Assembly (NCBI GenBank): GCA_023957115.1
Contig: JAMLHN010000003.1
Coordinates: forward strand, 927-64,926
Length of the DNA: 64,000 bases
Source: Thermomicrobiales bacterium
Lineage (GTDB): Bacteria > Chloroflexota > Chloroflexia > Thermomicrobiales > UBA6265
Direction: 5' to 3'
Below are positions 27,541-37,282 of the stretch, one piece after another (position 1 is the stretch's first letter; every line of letters starts with the position of its first letter). Under the pieces are notes generated by a model that was not told the DNA's origin, made no database searches, and was given only the letters and a program-made list of their open reading frames with translations. The translations under genes were made by a program, and so were the position numbers.

Positions 27541-28203
27541 CTATTCCAGTTCCTGACCATCGCCGAATCCCGCCTCACGAGCGCGCACAATCGCCTCGCC
27601 TCGGTCGGCGACCTGGAGTTTTTCGAAGATGGTCGACAGATGATTTGCGACTGTCTTCGAGCTGATGTGCAGATGCCGGGCGATCGTCTGGTTTCGATGT
27701 CCCAGGGCAAGCTCATCAAGGATCTCCCGTTCCCTGCGGGTCAGCTCCGGGAACGCGTCCGCTTGCCGCCGGCCCGGTGAACTGAACCATGCGAGCACCC
27801 GCGACGCGATCGCCGGGCTGAAGATTGCCTCTCCCGCTGCCACCGCCCGAATTGCGCGCACGAACTCCTCTTCATGCGCATCCTTGAGCACGTAGCCTTG
27901 TGCGCCGGCCCGCAGCGAGAGGAACACCGAGTCGTCATCCTCGAACAGGGTCACGACGAGCGCCCGGGTACGCGGTGATCGCTGTCGCAGCTCGCGGATC
28001 GCCACGATGCCACCCATCCCCGCCATTTGCAGGTCCATCAGGACGATGTCGGCGCCAGTTTCCTGGACCAGCGTGACCGCCTCCATGCCGGTTTCTGCCT
28101 CGCCCACGACCTGGAATTCCCGTATCGCCGAGAGCATCGTTACCATCCCCTTACGAAAGAGGGGATGGTCGTCCGCGACAACGATCCGGATTGGGCTGTC
28201 CAT
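27541..28203 (-). CDS. Response regulator, NarL/FixJ (LuxR-type HTH) family
   Basis: Receiver domain (IVVADDHPLFR...DIVLMDLQMAGMGG) plus a C-terminal LuxR HTH (LTRREREILDELALGHRNQTIARHLHISSKTVANH). Confidence 0.9.
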   Translation of the reverse strand: MDSPIRIVVADDHPLFRKGMVTMLSAIREFQVVGEAETGMEAVTLVQETGADIVLMDLQMAGMGGIVAIRELRQRSPRTRALVVTLFEDDDSVFLSLRAGAQGYVLKDAHEEEFVRAIRAVAAGEAIFSPAIASRVLAWFSSPGRRQADAFPELTRREREILDELALGHRNQTIARHLHISSKTVANHLSTIFEKLQVADRGEAIVRAREAGFGDGQELE

Positions 28204-30383
28204 TACGCGGTCTCTGGCAAAGGGATCGCTATGGCGATGCGTGTACCATCGTCACCAGCCGGTCCAATCGTGAAGGTGCCTCCGAGCTCCTCAGTGCGCT
28301 CCCGCATTGAGTGGATGCCGACTCCCGGCTCGTACGTTGCGGGGATACCACGGCCGTCGTCCGTGATTGTGAGATTGACCTCGCGGCCGAAATCGAGCGA
28401 GATGCGCACGTGCCCGGCGCCTGCGTGCCGCTCGATATTCGTCAGCGCCTCTTGAACGATGCGATAAACGGCGACCTCGACTGCCGCCGGGAGCGCGGCG
28501 TCGTTGCCGCTTGCATGCAATGTCATCGTCACGTCGCCAGCGTCGGATTCATAGGCTACCAACCGGCTTCGCAGCGCTGCCACAAGCCCGAACTCATCCA
28601 GTGCGGGTGGACGTAGATCGTGTACGAGCCGCCGGATGTCCCCAATCGCCCCGCGAAGCTCCGCCTGGATGGTCGCCAGCTCGATGTCGGCGCGCTCTGG
28701 ATCGCTGTGCAGCAAGCGTCGCACTCCGTTCGTCTGCATGGTCAACGCGGCCAGTTGCGCGCCAAGACCGTCGTGCAGGTCTCGTCGCAATCTCCGGCGT
28801 TCCTCCTCGCGCGTGGTGACGAGTCGCGCACGGGCAAGCTGGAGATCGCCTGTGACGCGCAGCGCATAAGCGGCGATGGCGGTTTGGCGGGCGATGCGCT
28901 CCAGCACGACAGTATCGGCTTCCGAGAACCCCTCGCCGGGTCCGCGTGGAGTGACACGGAGCTCGCCGATCGGTTCATGCTGATAGATCATTGGCACGCC
29001 CAGCTGCTCGCTTCCCGGAATCCCGGACTCGGTCGCCACGACCAGGCCGTTTTCCTCACGCAACGCAACAGCCGCGTGCGGCAACCGCAACAGCTCGCGC
29101 ACCGTGTCGGTGACCTCGCGCAGGACCTCGGCCGGAGCCACGGCCGTCTCCAGTCGCACGCCAAGCCGGGCGAGGATTCCATCCGGGTTGTCGCGCTCAC
29201 CATAGAGTCGCCGGTTGACACGTCCTTCGAGCCACTGCCGCACAGGGTGTACGGCAAGGGCAATCCCACTCGCAACCACCATGGACGATAACCAGGGCGA
29301 CGGCTCTTCCGAACCGAACTGTGTCGCGACAAGCTCGAGCAGGTTGATCAGCACAAGATAGAGAAGGGCAATGATGGCAATCAAGCACGCGTAGAGCACG
29401 GAGCGATGGATGGCGATGTCGATGTCGTAGAGTCGATAGCGCAGGATAGCGATGCCGGTCAGGATTCCGACCGAGTTCAGCGCCAGCCCCCAGAATGAAA
29501 AGATGATCCAGAACCACGGCCGGTCGACGAAGTTCGTGATCGCGACGACGTGGATGATATAGGCCACGACCAACACTGACGATGCCAACGCGATCCAGCG
29601 AAGCTGCATCCGTTCGACCCCGGTCGCCCGGCGCAACCGGCGCACCATGGAAATGCCGGCGGGAATACCCATCGCAAGCATCAGGAAGAATCCCACCCCG
29701 GCTGCACTCATCGCGTTTCCAGCAATTCCCGTTCTGTGCCAGGGGTTGGGAATGTCGCCGAACTCTCCGTTCATCACCAGTGGGCTACCGAATCCGATCA
29801 TCAGCGATGCGCCCAGCGCTCCGAGCGCACCCAGACACCGGACCAGTTGCCAGCGCGGCGAGACCAGATGCCCGGTTGGGAAGATGAGCAGCAGCTCGAC
29901 GACGATGAGATAGAGTCCAAAGGGATAATAGAAGCCGATTTGCGCCACGATGTCCGCTGCGGGCAGCAGTATGGTCGAATGACCGAGGCCGAGCGTACCG
30001 TAGAGGTAGGTGGTGTTGGCCGTGATCCAGGTAAACCCCGCAAGGCAGAGTACCCAGCCCACCCGATGACCGGGGTACCGATGCAGGATCAGCAATCCGG
30101 TCACGATGCTTGAACAGAACAGTGGCCCCCAGATGATGAAGACGGGAATCTCGGAGGCGAACCCTTCGCGGGTGGCGAGGACTGCCAGCATTGCCAGCAT
30201 TGCAACACTCAGCACCACTCCCATGAGTAGCATCAACCATGCCAATCGGATGCGGGGAGCGGACGCCGGTAGCTCGCGCAAGAGATCCCGTACGTGCCGT
30301 TCGGGCAAGGCATCGACGGACACGACCATTGGCGCGCGGGCGTCGTTCGCGCTCGATGTTCCAGCTGGTGGGAGTGTGACCAT
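28203..30383 (-). CDS. Sensor histidine kinase: polytopic N-terminus, GAF-like region, HisKA_3 and HATPase
   Basis: The H-box RRLRRDLHDGLGAQL is typical of NarX/DesK-type HisKA_3. The C-terminus has N and G boxes (EALTNIERHA, DDGRGIP, GIHSMRER). Its stop overlaps the regulator start by 1 nt. Confidence 0.85.
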   Translation of the reverse strand: MVTLPPAGTSSANDARAPMVVSVDALPERHVRDLLRELPASAPRIRLAWLMLLMGVVLSVAMLAMLAVLATREGFASEIPVFIIWGPLFCSSIVTGLLILHRYPGHRVGWVLCLAGFTWITANTTYLYGTLGLGHSTILLPAADIVAQIGFYYPFGLYLIVVELLLIFPTGHLVSPRWQLVRCLGALGALGASLMIGFGSPLVMNGEFGDIPNPWHRTGIAGNAMSAAGVGFFLMLAMGIPAGISMVRRLRRATGVERMQLRWIALASSVLVVAYIIHVVAITNFVDRPWFWIIFSFWGLALNSVGILTGIAILRYRLYDIDIAIHRSVLYACLIAIIALLYLVLINLLELVATQFGSEEPSPWLSSMVVASGIALAVHPVRQWLEGRVNRRLYGERDNPDGILARLGVRLETAVAPAEVLREVTDTVRELLRLPHAAVALREENGLVVATESGIPGSEQLGVPMIYQHEPIGELRVTPRGPGEGFSEADTVVLERIARQTAIAAYALRVTGDLQLARARLVTTREEERRRLRRDLHDGLGAQLAALTMQTNGVRRLLHSDPERADIELATIQAELRGAIGDIRRLVHDLRPPALDEFGLVAALRSRLVAYESDAGDVTMTLHASGNDAALPAAVEVAVYRIVQEALTNIERHAGAGHVRISLDFGREVNLTITDDGRGIPATYEPGVGIHSMRERTEELGGTFTIGPAGDDGTRIAIAIPLPETA

Positions 30384-30539
30384 GCCACATGACCGATCCG
30401 CTGAACCCCGAAATACGCGCTTGGCGCTTCCGGTTCAGCAGGTGCATTGGAGGCGTCGATAGCGTCCAGTGTACTCCTGCCTCATACCGGTGGACAGCCC
30501 CGGGCCGGGACTGCCTGCGCCGGCCCGGGGCTGAATCCA

Positions 30540-31436
30540 TCAGATCACGGTAAAGGTCACGATCATACCCATCATGAAGTGGGGTAGGGACTCCTCGGCG
30601 TCGCCTGCCGTGCACATTGCCGCGTACGAGCCCGGTTCCAGATCAAGGTAGAACCAGTTGCTCCTCCCGCCAGAGAGCCATGACGTGGACATTGGGTTGC
30701 TTTCGCCATACCCCTCGAACGGATCGCCACCGCCCTCTGGAGTGGCACCCGAAAAGAGCATCTCGAAGATCCCGTGGATATCGCCGGCGGTCGCCCCCTC
30801 TGGCGTGCTGAAGATAGTGATGTCGTGATTGAGCTCACCGGCGTTTTCGAGCTGCCAGAGTTGCCGTCCGGCCGGAATTGGTTCCTCCAGCCCGGTGAAG
30901 GTCATGCTGTCCTCGGCGACGACGTGCAGTGTGGCCGGAATATCGATTGGCGCCCCCGCTTCGCCGGTCGCGATGATTAGCGCAGCGCTGTGAACGAAGT
31001 CATCCAGAAGAATGTAGGCGCCGGGATCGAGCACGATGAACCCTTCGGCAACCGAGGGTACATGCGCATCGTTTCGCACGCTGCCAGGGAAGGTGGTGGA
31101 CCAGAACCAGTCGGGCGGCGGTGTTTCCGAGACGGCCAGCGCCAGAATCTCGTCGATATCCTGGTCGTCTGGCACACGAAACAGGAGGATTCCCTGATCG
31201 TCGGTGCCATCGGAGCTGGCGAGCATCCGCACGGTACCGGCCGGCACTTCGGGGGTGGCGGTGACGCCGCCGGCGGTGAAGGCGACCTCCAGCACCGGAA
31301 CATCGATGCCGTCGTCGGTGGCTGTCGCGGGAGCTGGCGTGGCCTCTTGCGCGAAGGCACGGGCCGGGATCATGGTAACCGCGGCCAGTCCCGCCGAAGC
31401 CAACACGAGCTGTCGTCGATTCAGTTGCGATGTCAC
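30540..31436 (-). CDS. TAT-secreted protein with a C-terminal cupredoxin-like domain (paralog 1)
   Basis: GTG 31436, with AAAGGA upstream. LNRRQLVLASAGLAAVTMIPARAFAQ signal. Candidate type-1 Cu ligands: NHDITIF ... CTAGDAEESLPHFMMGM. The cupredoxin call is an inference from this motif pattern. Confidence 0.55.
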   Translation of the reverse strand: MTSQLNRRQLVLASAGLAAVTMIPARAFAQEATPAPATATDDGIDVPVLEVAFTAGGVTATPEVPAGTVRMLASSDGTDDQGILLFRVPDDQDIDEILALAVSETPPPDWFWSTTFPGSVRNDAHVPSVAEGFIVLDPGAYILLDDFVHSAALIIATGEAGAPIDIPATLHVVAEDSMTFTGLEEPIPAGRQLWQLENAGELNHDITIFSTPEGATAGDIHGIFEMLFSGATPEGGGDPFEGYGESNPMSTSWLSGGRSNWFYLDLEPGSYAAMCTAGDAEESLPHFMMGMIVTFTVI

Positions 31437-31498
31437 GAGAGGTTCCTTTCTGTTGGAGTGAAGAAAATGACCGTGTGATGCTGGGCCCAGTGTTTGCC

Positions 31499-32398
31499 TC
31501 AAACGACCTCGAAGGCGGTGATCATTCCGTTGAACGCGTGCGGCAGTCCATCCTCGCCGGGCAGGAAGCAAGCGGCGATGTGTGTGCCTGGTTCCAGGTT
31601 CAGCTCGACCCACGTCGAGACGCCGGGCGACGTCGCGCCTACGCCGCCGGTCGTCATGTAGCCGTCGGGAAAGACCTGGTCTTCGGGGGTGGTTTCGAAT
31701 GCCGCGAACAGATCGTCCACAGTCGAGCCATCTGGCGCCTTCAGCGTGGTCAAGTCATGCCATGTTGTGCCGTGATTGGTGAGCCGCCACAGGTGCGGTC
31801 CGGCCGGAATCGGTTCGTCGAAACCGAGGAAGGCCATGTCGATCAGGCCGACTTCGAAATCTGCGACAGGAGCGGGCCGTCCCCAGGGCTCACCGGCGAC
31901 ATCGAACGATGTCGCGATGCCATCGGAGAAGGGATTGACCGCCATATAGTGGCCCGGCACATAGAAGACGTACCCGGTGAGCTCGCCGCCACCGGGCTGC
32001 GGCTCGTCCGGATTTCCGGCGAACAGCGTATGACCGAACCAGTCTGGTGTGTCCTCGGTCATGAGGGCGGCGATGGCGTCATCGTCGGTGAGGCCGTCGG
32101 GAATGCGCATGGCGAATGTGTGCATGATCGTGTCGCTCTCGTTGCGCACCGTGATCGCATTGATACCGGCCGATATCGCACTCGGGAAGATGAGCGCGTC
32201 GTTGGTGCCAACGAGCTCGATCTCCGGGATCACGAGCGGAGGCATGGGCGCGGGCGCCGGTGTGGCGTCCTGTCCGGTGGTCCACGCAGGCCACAGTGTG
32301 GCGCCGGCGAGACCGCCCAGACCGAGCAGAATCTGGCGGCGATTGGCCAACGAGCTGGCGAGGCGGTTGACTGGCTGGCGACGTTCAGCAGGTGTCAT
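31499..32398 (-). CDS. TAT-secreted protein with a C-terminal cupredoxin-like domain (paralog 2)
   Basis: RRQILLGLGGLAGATLWPAWTTGQ signal. WHDLTTL ... CFLPGEDGLPHAFNGM. Collinear similarity to the downstream paralog (EPIPAG..LW.L.N.G...HD.T, LEPG...A.C). Confidence 0.55.
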   Translation of the reverse strand: MTPAERRQPVNRLASSLANRRQILLGLGGLAGATLWPAWTTGQDATPAPAPMPPLVIPEIELVGTNDALIFPSAISAGINAITVRNESDTIMHTFAMRIPDGLTDDDAIAALMTEDTPDWFGHTLFAGNPDEPQPGGGELTGYVFYVPGHYMAVNPFSDGIATSFDVAGEPWGRPAPVADFEVGLIDMAFLGFDEPIPAGPHLWRLTNHGTTWHDLTTLKAPDGSTVDDLFAAFETTPEDQVFPDGYMTTGGVGATSPGVSTWVELNLEPGTHIAACFLPGEDGLPHAFNGMITAFEVV

Positions 32399-32599
32399 GA
32401 TCTGGCACCTGCATCGTCGGGCGCGAAGCCTTCGCGTGCGTCGATCCCAGGTCTCCGTTGCCGCTCAGGCCCCGGCACATATCCGCCGTGAACTGATTGG
32501 AAGAAACGTCTGTGCCAGTGGATGGACATGACTCATCTCCGTCATTGATGCCGGCTCGAAAGGGAACCGGGTGGGTCGATGCCGTCATGGTGCGGTGCC

Positions 32600-32653
32600 G
32601 CCATTCCCAAGGAGAAGGGAAGATCTTCCCGATTTTCCCGGGAATGGCATTCC
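32600..32653. promoter_or_regulatory. Nested palindromes (candidate operator) upstream of the cupredoxin-like genes
   Basis: gccattccc...gggaatggc outer inverted repeat encloses gggaagatcttccc (perfect 14-bp palindrome), ttcccgggaa (10 bp) and ggaatggcattcc. Located about 200-250 nt upstream of the start at 32398. Confidence 0.3.
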
Positions 32654-33040
32654 TGTCCACGTGTATGAGTTCACATAGGCATTCATGGAGTCGGCCGGGA
32701 CGATTTGTGTCTCCCGGACGCCAAAGCGTGGTCGCCGTGACGCGCGGCCGGGACGAGAGCGATCGTTGCTCGCGATTGGTGGGACGTGCTGGGACCCGTG
32801 TGTACCTCCGGGGGTGCTGCTCAGCAGCCATCTGGCGTTTTCGAATCGGTGGATGATCAGGATCTTGCGAAGGCGTCTTTAGCAAGCGGCCGCGCACGAG
32901 CGGCGGAGCGGTGACGTTCCTGGGTCTGGAGGCTGTCGGAGTGTCTGGCGCCGGCCGTTCTGCATCGGCCGAGGCGCCTGATCAACACATCCGTGGCGGT
33001 GTGTATGCTCGCAGGATGGCAGAGGGCGTACCAGCATCTG

Positions 33041-33460
33041 CTAGACGGCAATGACCTCGACGTCGATGTTCCCGCGAGTAGCGTTCGAGTAGGGGCACAA
33101 CTGGTGAGCGGCGCCGGCGAGCTCCTGGACCTTCGCGGGGTCGGTCCCGGGGATGGAGACGAGGATTTTGGCCGCGAGACCATAGCCGCCGTCCGAGTCG
33201 GGACCCTGGGCGATTTCGACGGTGACCGACGAGTCGGCGGCATCGATTCCGGCGTCGCTGGCGACCGCGTGCACGGCGCTCCCAAAGCACCCTGCCCAGG
33301 CCGCGGCAAAGAGTTGCTCCGGGTTCGTTCCTTCATTGACGCCGTTTCGCTTCGGTGTGCGAAGCTGGACATCCAACACGCCGTCGTCGCTGACCGCGTG
33401 TCCCAGACGACCGCCACTGACGGTCACGGATGTGGTGTATTTCGGATCGATCGTTCCCAT
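33041..33460 (-). CDS. ohr: Organic hydroperoxide resistance protein (OsmC/Ohr family)
   Basis: Start at ATG 33460, with AGGAGA upstream. Both catalytic Cys contexts are present (AAWAGCFGSAV and LCPYSNA). Confidence 0.85.
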   Translation of the reverse strand: MGTIDPKYTTSVTVSGGRLGHAVSDDGVLDVQLRTPKRNGVNEGTNPEQLFAAAWAGCFGSAVHAVASDAGIDAADSSVTVEIAQGPDSDGGYGLAAKILVSIPGTDPAKVQELAGAAHQLCPYSNATRGNIDVEVIAV

Positions 33461-33551
33461 GATGTCTCTCCTGATTCGCGGCACATCTCATCGCGCCGCA
33501 GTACGTGAATGGTGCCATGTGGCGACTGGAAACGCGGATGACGTGCATTCT

Positions 33552-34118
33552 GAGTCTTGGGTCCTGGCATTGCAGGCTGGACTGCTGATCATGCCGTTTG
33601 CCGTGGGCAGCATCTTCGGCGCATCGCAAAGCGACAAACTGTCCAATCGCTATGGCCGGCTCGCGCTGAACGCCGGATTGGCACTGGTTACGGGCGGATT
33701 GTTCGTCGTCTTCTTGATCCTGGCGTACGTCCATCCGGTCGATCTCAACCGCTGGTATTTCCTGCCGCCGCTCTTTGCCGGCGGGGTCGGGAGTGGGATG
33801 TTCATTGCTCCGAACGCCCGCTTCATCGTCTCGACCGTGCATCGGGAGGATGCTGGGGCCGCAAGCGGCGTGCTGGGAACCGCGCAACGGATCGGCAGCG
33901 CGGTTGGGATCGCCGTCATTGGCAGCGTGCTGTTTGGGACACTGCATGTTCAGGAGGGACCGAATGCCGTGGCAAATGCCTTCGCGCAGAGTGCCCCTGA
34001 GGCGATGGCCGTCAGCGTGGTCTTTGCCTTCGTCGCATTCCTGCTGTCGTTTGCTTTGCCGAAGTACACACCGCAGCATGGCGCGCCGCAGACCATGGAT
34101 GTCGTGCCGGACGTCTGA
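33552..34118 (+). pseudogene. C-terminal fragment (about the last 5 TM segments) of a DHA2/EmrB-type MFS transporter
   Basis: SWVLALQAGLLIMPFAVGSIFGA...GVGSGMFIAPNARFIVSTV...ASGVLGTAQRIGSAVGIAVIGSVLF matches the C-terminal third of 14-TM drug-efflux MFS proteins. No N-terminal two-thirds exists upstream, and the upstream part of ORF 33222..34118 is antisense to ohr. Confidence 0.55.
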
Positions 34119-34204
34119 TCGACGATCTGCCCCCGGTTACGAGCAAAGCAGGACGGGACGCCGAACATGCGTCCCGTCCTGAAGCGGTGCGAGCGTGTTT
34201 GCGG

Positions 34205-37200
34205 TTACTGCGTGTCGAGCACCGTTATCGAGAGATAGGCGGGTGCGCCGCCTTCACGGCTGCCGAGCGCAACCCCCTCACCGCTCACGATGATGGTCAC
34301 CGGTCCATCGGCTGCGATCCAGCCCGTCAGGTCGATCGGCACAGCTACGCCAGCGTCGATCCAGGCGCCCGAGGCTCCCGCACCACCGGGTGCTGAGTTA
34401 AGCGTCAACGAGTATTCGTCGATACCGACTCCATTGGCGACCGCGATGTTGACGGAGCCGCTTCCGCTCACACCGGTGAGATAGAGCACCGCGCTCTGCA
34501 CCTGTCCGTATCCGATCTGGTCCGGATAGAAGGTGATGTAGGCAATGCCGCCCGTTTCGCCGCCGACCGGCAACGAACCGACCTGCTCGCCCGGTTGGAC
34601 CGCGGATGGGTCGACCGATGACACGCTGGTGTCGGACGCGGCCCAGACCTCGAAGGTTCGCTCGATGACCGGCGGAACCGTTGGCTCACCGAGTGGGGTC
34701 GGATCGCAGGCATCGTCGACGCCGTCGCCGTCTGAGTCGTATCCACTGTCGGCGACACCCGGGCAGCTATCGAGCGCATCCTCGACGCCATCCTGATCCG
34801 CATCCGGCACCGGTGTTTCCGTCGGCGGCGCTGGGGTTTCGGTCGGCGGCACGGGAGTCTCCGTCGGCGGAACCGGGGTTTCTGTCGCTGGGACCGGGGT
34901 CTCGGTCGAAGGCGCCACGGTCTCCGCCGGAATCTCGGTTGGCGGCGCCGGAGTCTCGGTTGCGACAGGCTCGGTGGGTTCGGCCGCTTCCGTTGGCTCG
35001 ATCGAGACCGTTGCCGCCGGTAGCTCTCCGACCTCCGTTTCGACGACCGGGCTACCCGGCTCTTCGGACGGCGTGGCGGTCATCGTCGGCGTGATGGTCG
35101 CCAGCGAGTCCGTGGAGCTAACCGGCTCTTCGCCACCCACTGCGCCATTGACCACGCTTGCGGAGACGAGACCCAGGAACTGCCCGGCGACCCAGCCATT
35201 AGGTTGCCCGGTGACCTGGAGCTGGTACCACTGATAGCCATTGGCCGAAACCGGACCGTTGAGCACAGTACCGGTGGTGCCGGTCGGCAACATCCCGAGG
35301 ATCGAGCCCGATGTGCTCGCCGAGCTACGGAAGTTGAGCGGTCCGTCATCGACGCGCACGACATCGCCCGAGATGTACACCCCAGCGGCCCGGGTGGCCG
35401 TGCTGGAGGCAACCGCCGTTCGCGATGGCGTCCGGGTCACCGTGGCTACGCCGGTTGGGGTCGACGCGGTTCCTCCGGTCGGCGAGATGTACGACATGGC
35501 GATCCAGCCGATGATCTGGCCGCTCTGGACGCGCACCCAGACATGACCATTTGCCGAGCGCGAGTCGCCCAGCGAGGTCATCAGCGTTCCGGTCGGCAAC
35601 GTTCCCAGAATCGTGCCCGAGGTCGATGGCGTCTGCCGGATATTGACGCGCGTATTGGTGCGATAGACGCGGCCCGGCACGGTTGTGCTATTGGCACTCG
35701 GGGTGGGGGTGCGGGTGCTGGTAACCGATGCAACCCCGGTTGGAGTAGAGGCTGTGCCGCCGGTTGCGGTCACATAGGACACCGAGAGCCAGCCAATCGA
35801 GGCGCCTGCTTGCACGCGCAACCAGAGATGCCCGTTGGCCGAGGACGTCTGACCCAGCGAGGTGACAAGCGTGCCGGACGGCAGGGTGCGAATGATGGAT
35901 CCAGCGGTCGACGGCGATTGTCGCAGGTTGACGCCAACCCGGACGCGGTAGACCGTTCCAGCGACCGTCGTGCCGCTACCCGGCGAGCTCGTGGTTGGGG
36001 TGCGAGTGGCGGTTGCGGTCCGTGTCGGCGTCGCGGCAGAGGCGGTCTTGGTCAGGTACATCGTGGCGGCCCAGCCAGTGGCTCCGGTGCTGGTGCGCAC
36101 GTTCGACCATTGCAGCCCATCGACCGTGCGCCCGCTGCCGATGATCGTTCCCGTCGTTCCCACCGGCAGCGAGCCGATGATGCCGCCGGAGTAGCCGGGA
36201 GCCGAGCGGAAATTGATCAACGTCGTGACGCGGAACGAATCTCCGAGATTGAGAGCACCGCCGGGGACGACGCTCCCGTTGGGGGTTGCGGTGCGGGTCG
36301 GGGTGCGCGTTGCCGTCGGGCTCCCGCTGACGGTGCCACCCTGGCGCATGTACTGCGCGGCAACCCAGCCGGTCGTTCCGTCGCCGAGCCGAATCTGATA
36401 CCAGTCGAAGTTGTCGATGCGGTTCGGACCCTGCAGCACAACGCCGCTGGTGTTTATGACCAGGAGGCGGATGATGGAGGTGGAGAGTCCTGGGGCGGAC
36501 CGCATATTGAGCGTGTCGGAATCGACGCTGATGGTCGAGCCGATCGCGAAGTTCACGGTTGGGGCGGGTGTCGGCGTCGGGAGCGGAGCCGGAGTCCAGT
36601 CCGAGCCGCCGGGGGTGGTGCCGATCAGAGAGGTCGCATGCTGCACGAACATCTGCATATACGAGTTCGTGGTCGTTCCGGTCACATCGGTGCCATATCC
36701 GAAATAGGCCCCGGCGACCTGGGTCCAGTTATTCGAATTGATGGCGATCGACTTGTTCACCATCTCGGTGCCGCCGGCCAGCACCTGGTTGTAGGCGTTG
36801 TCGCACATCCAGGACACGGACTTCATATATTCGGGAACCGCCGAGGTGGCGCCGATTTGCATGAGTCCGAAGTAGTAGCCGGAGCTGGTCAACGGGGACC
36901 GGGCATTGAGCATGCCGCGCGATTCGACCCACATGATGGCCTTGAGCACATTGGCGGGCACGCCGGTCGAATTGGAGACCGAGAGAATCTCGCTATTCCA
37001 GCGATGGAGATCGGCATAGGTCCAGGTCATCCCGGCCGAGCTGCCGGTATTGCATGGGTAGGGAGTCGCGGTTCGGGTCGGCGTACGCGTGGGGGTCGCT
37101 GTTTGCGCGGCGACCTCGGCCGTGCCGGGAAGGGAGAAGAGCGTGAGTCCGGCGATGATGACGATAGCGATCGTCAGGAAACGTGGATGGGATCGGAATC

Positions 37201-37282
37201 GTCCCGGTTTTCCAGTGTTGCGGTCGAGCGACCGCCGCATCCCGCTGGAAGCAGCGCTCCCATTGGTATTCGACAAAGCCAC
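34205..37282 (-). CDS. Large secreted cell-wall protein: SLT lytic-transglycosylase domain, 5 SH3b domains, Pro/Thr/Glu-rich spacer, TSP3-like Asp-rich repeat, C-terminal beta-rich domain
   Basis: The start is uncertain; GTG 37282 has GGGGGG upstream, and TTG 37324 and ATG 37240 are alternatives. SLT block: ANVLKAIMWVESRG...YFGLMQI. Five LN[MF]RS.P...G.....W..V....G..GWV units. (TETPVPP)n spacer. DADQDGVEDALDSCPGVADSGYDSDGDGVDDACD repeat. Confidence 0.8.
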   Translation of the reverse strand: MALSNTNGSAASSGMRRSLDRNTGKPGRFRSHPRFLTIAIVIIAGLTLFSLPGTAEVAAQTATPTRTPTRTATPYPCNTGSSAGMTWTYADLHRWNSEILSVSNSTGVPANVLKAIMWVESRGMLNARSPLTSSGYYFGLMQIGATSAVPEYMKSVSWMCDNAYNQVLAGGTEMVNKSIAINSNNWTQVAGAYFGYGTDVTGTTTNSYMQMFVQHATSLIGTTPGGSDWTPAPLPTPTPAPTVNFAIGSTISVDSDTLNMRSAPGLSTSIIRLLVINTSGVVLQGPNRIDNFDWYQIRLGDGTTGWVAAQYMRQGGTVSGSPTATRTPTRTATPNGSVVPGGALNLGDSFRVTTLINFRSAPGYSGGIIGSLPVGTTGTIIGSGRTVDGLQWSNVRTSTGATGWAATMYLTKTASAATPTRTATATRTPTTSSPGSGTTVAGTVYRVRVGVNLRQSPSTAGSIIRTLPSGTLVTSLGQTSSANGHLWLRVQAGASIGWLSVSYVTATGGTASTPTGVASVTSTRTPTPSANSTTVPGRVYRTNTRVNIRQTPSTSGTILGTLPTGTLMTSLGDSRSANGHVWVRVQSGQIIGWIAMSYISPTGGTASTPTGVATVTRTPSRTAVASSTATRAAGVYISGDVVRVDDGPLNFRSSASTSGSILGMLPTGTTGTVLNGPVSANGYQWYQLQVTGQPNGWVAGQFLGLVSASVVNGAVGGEEPVSSTDSLATITPTMTATPSEEPGSPVVETEVGELPAATVSIEPTEAAEPTEPVATETPAPPTEIPAETVAPSTETPVPATETPVPPTETPVPPTETPAPPTETPVPDADQDGVEDALDSCPGVADSGYDSDGDGVDDACDPTPLGEPTVPPVIERTFEVWAASDTSVSSVDPSAVQPGEQVGSLPVGGETGGIAYITFYPDQIGYGQVQSAVLYLTGVSGSGSVNIAVANGVGIDEYSLTLNSAPGGAGASGAWIDAGVAVPIDLTGWIAADGPVTIIVSGEGVALGSREGGAPAYLSITVLDTQ

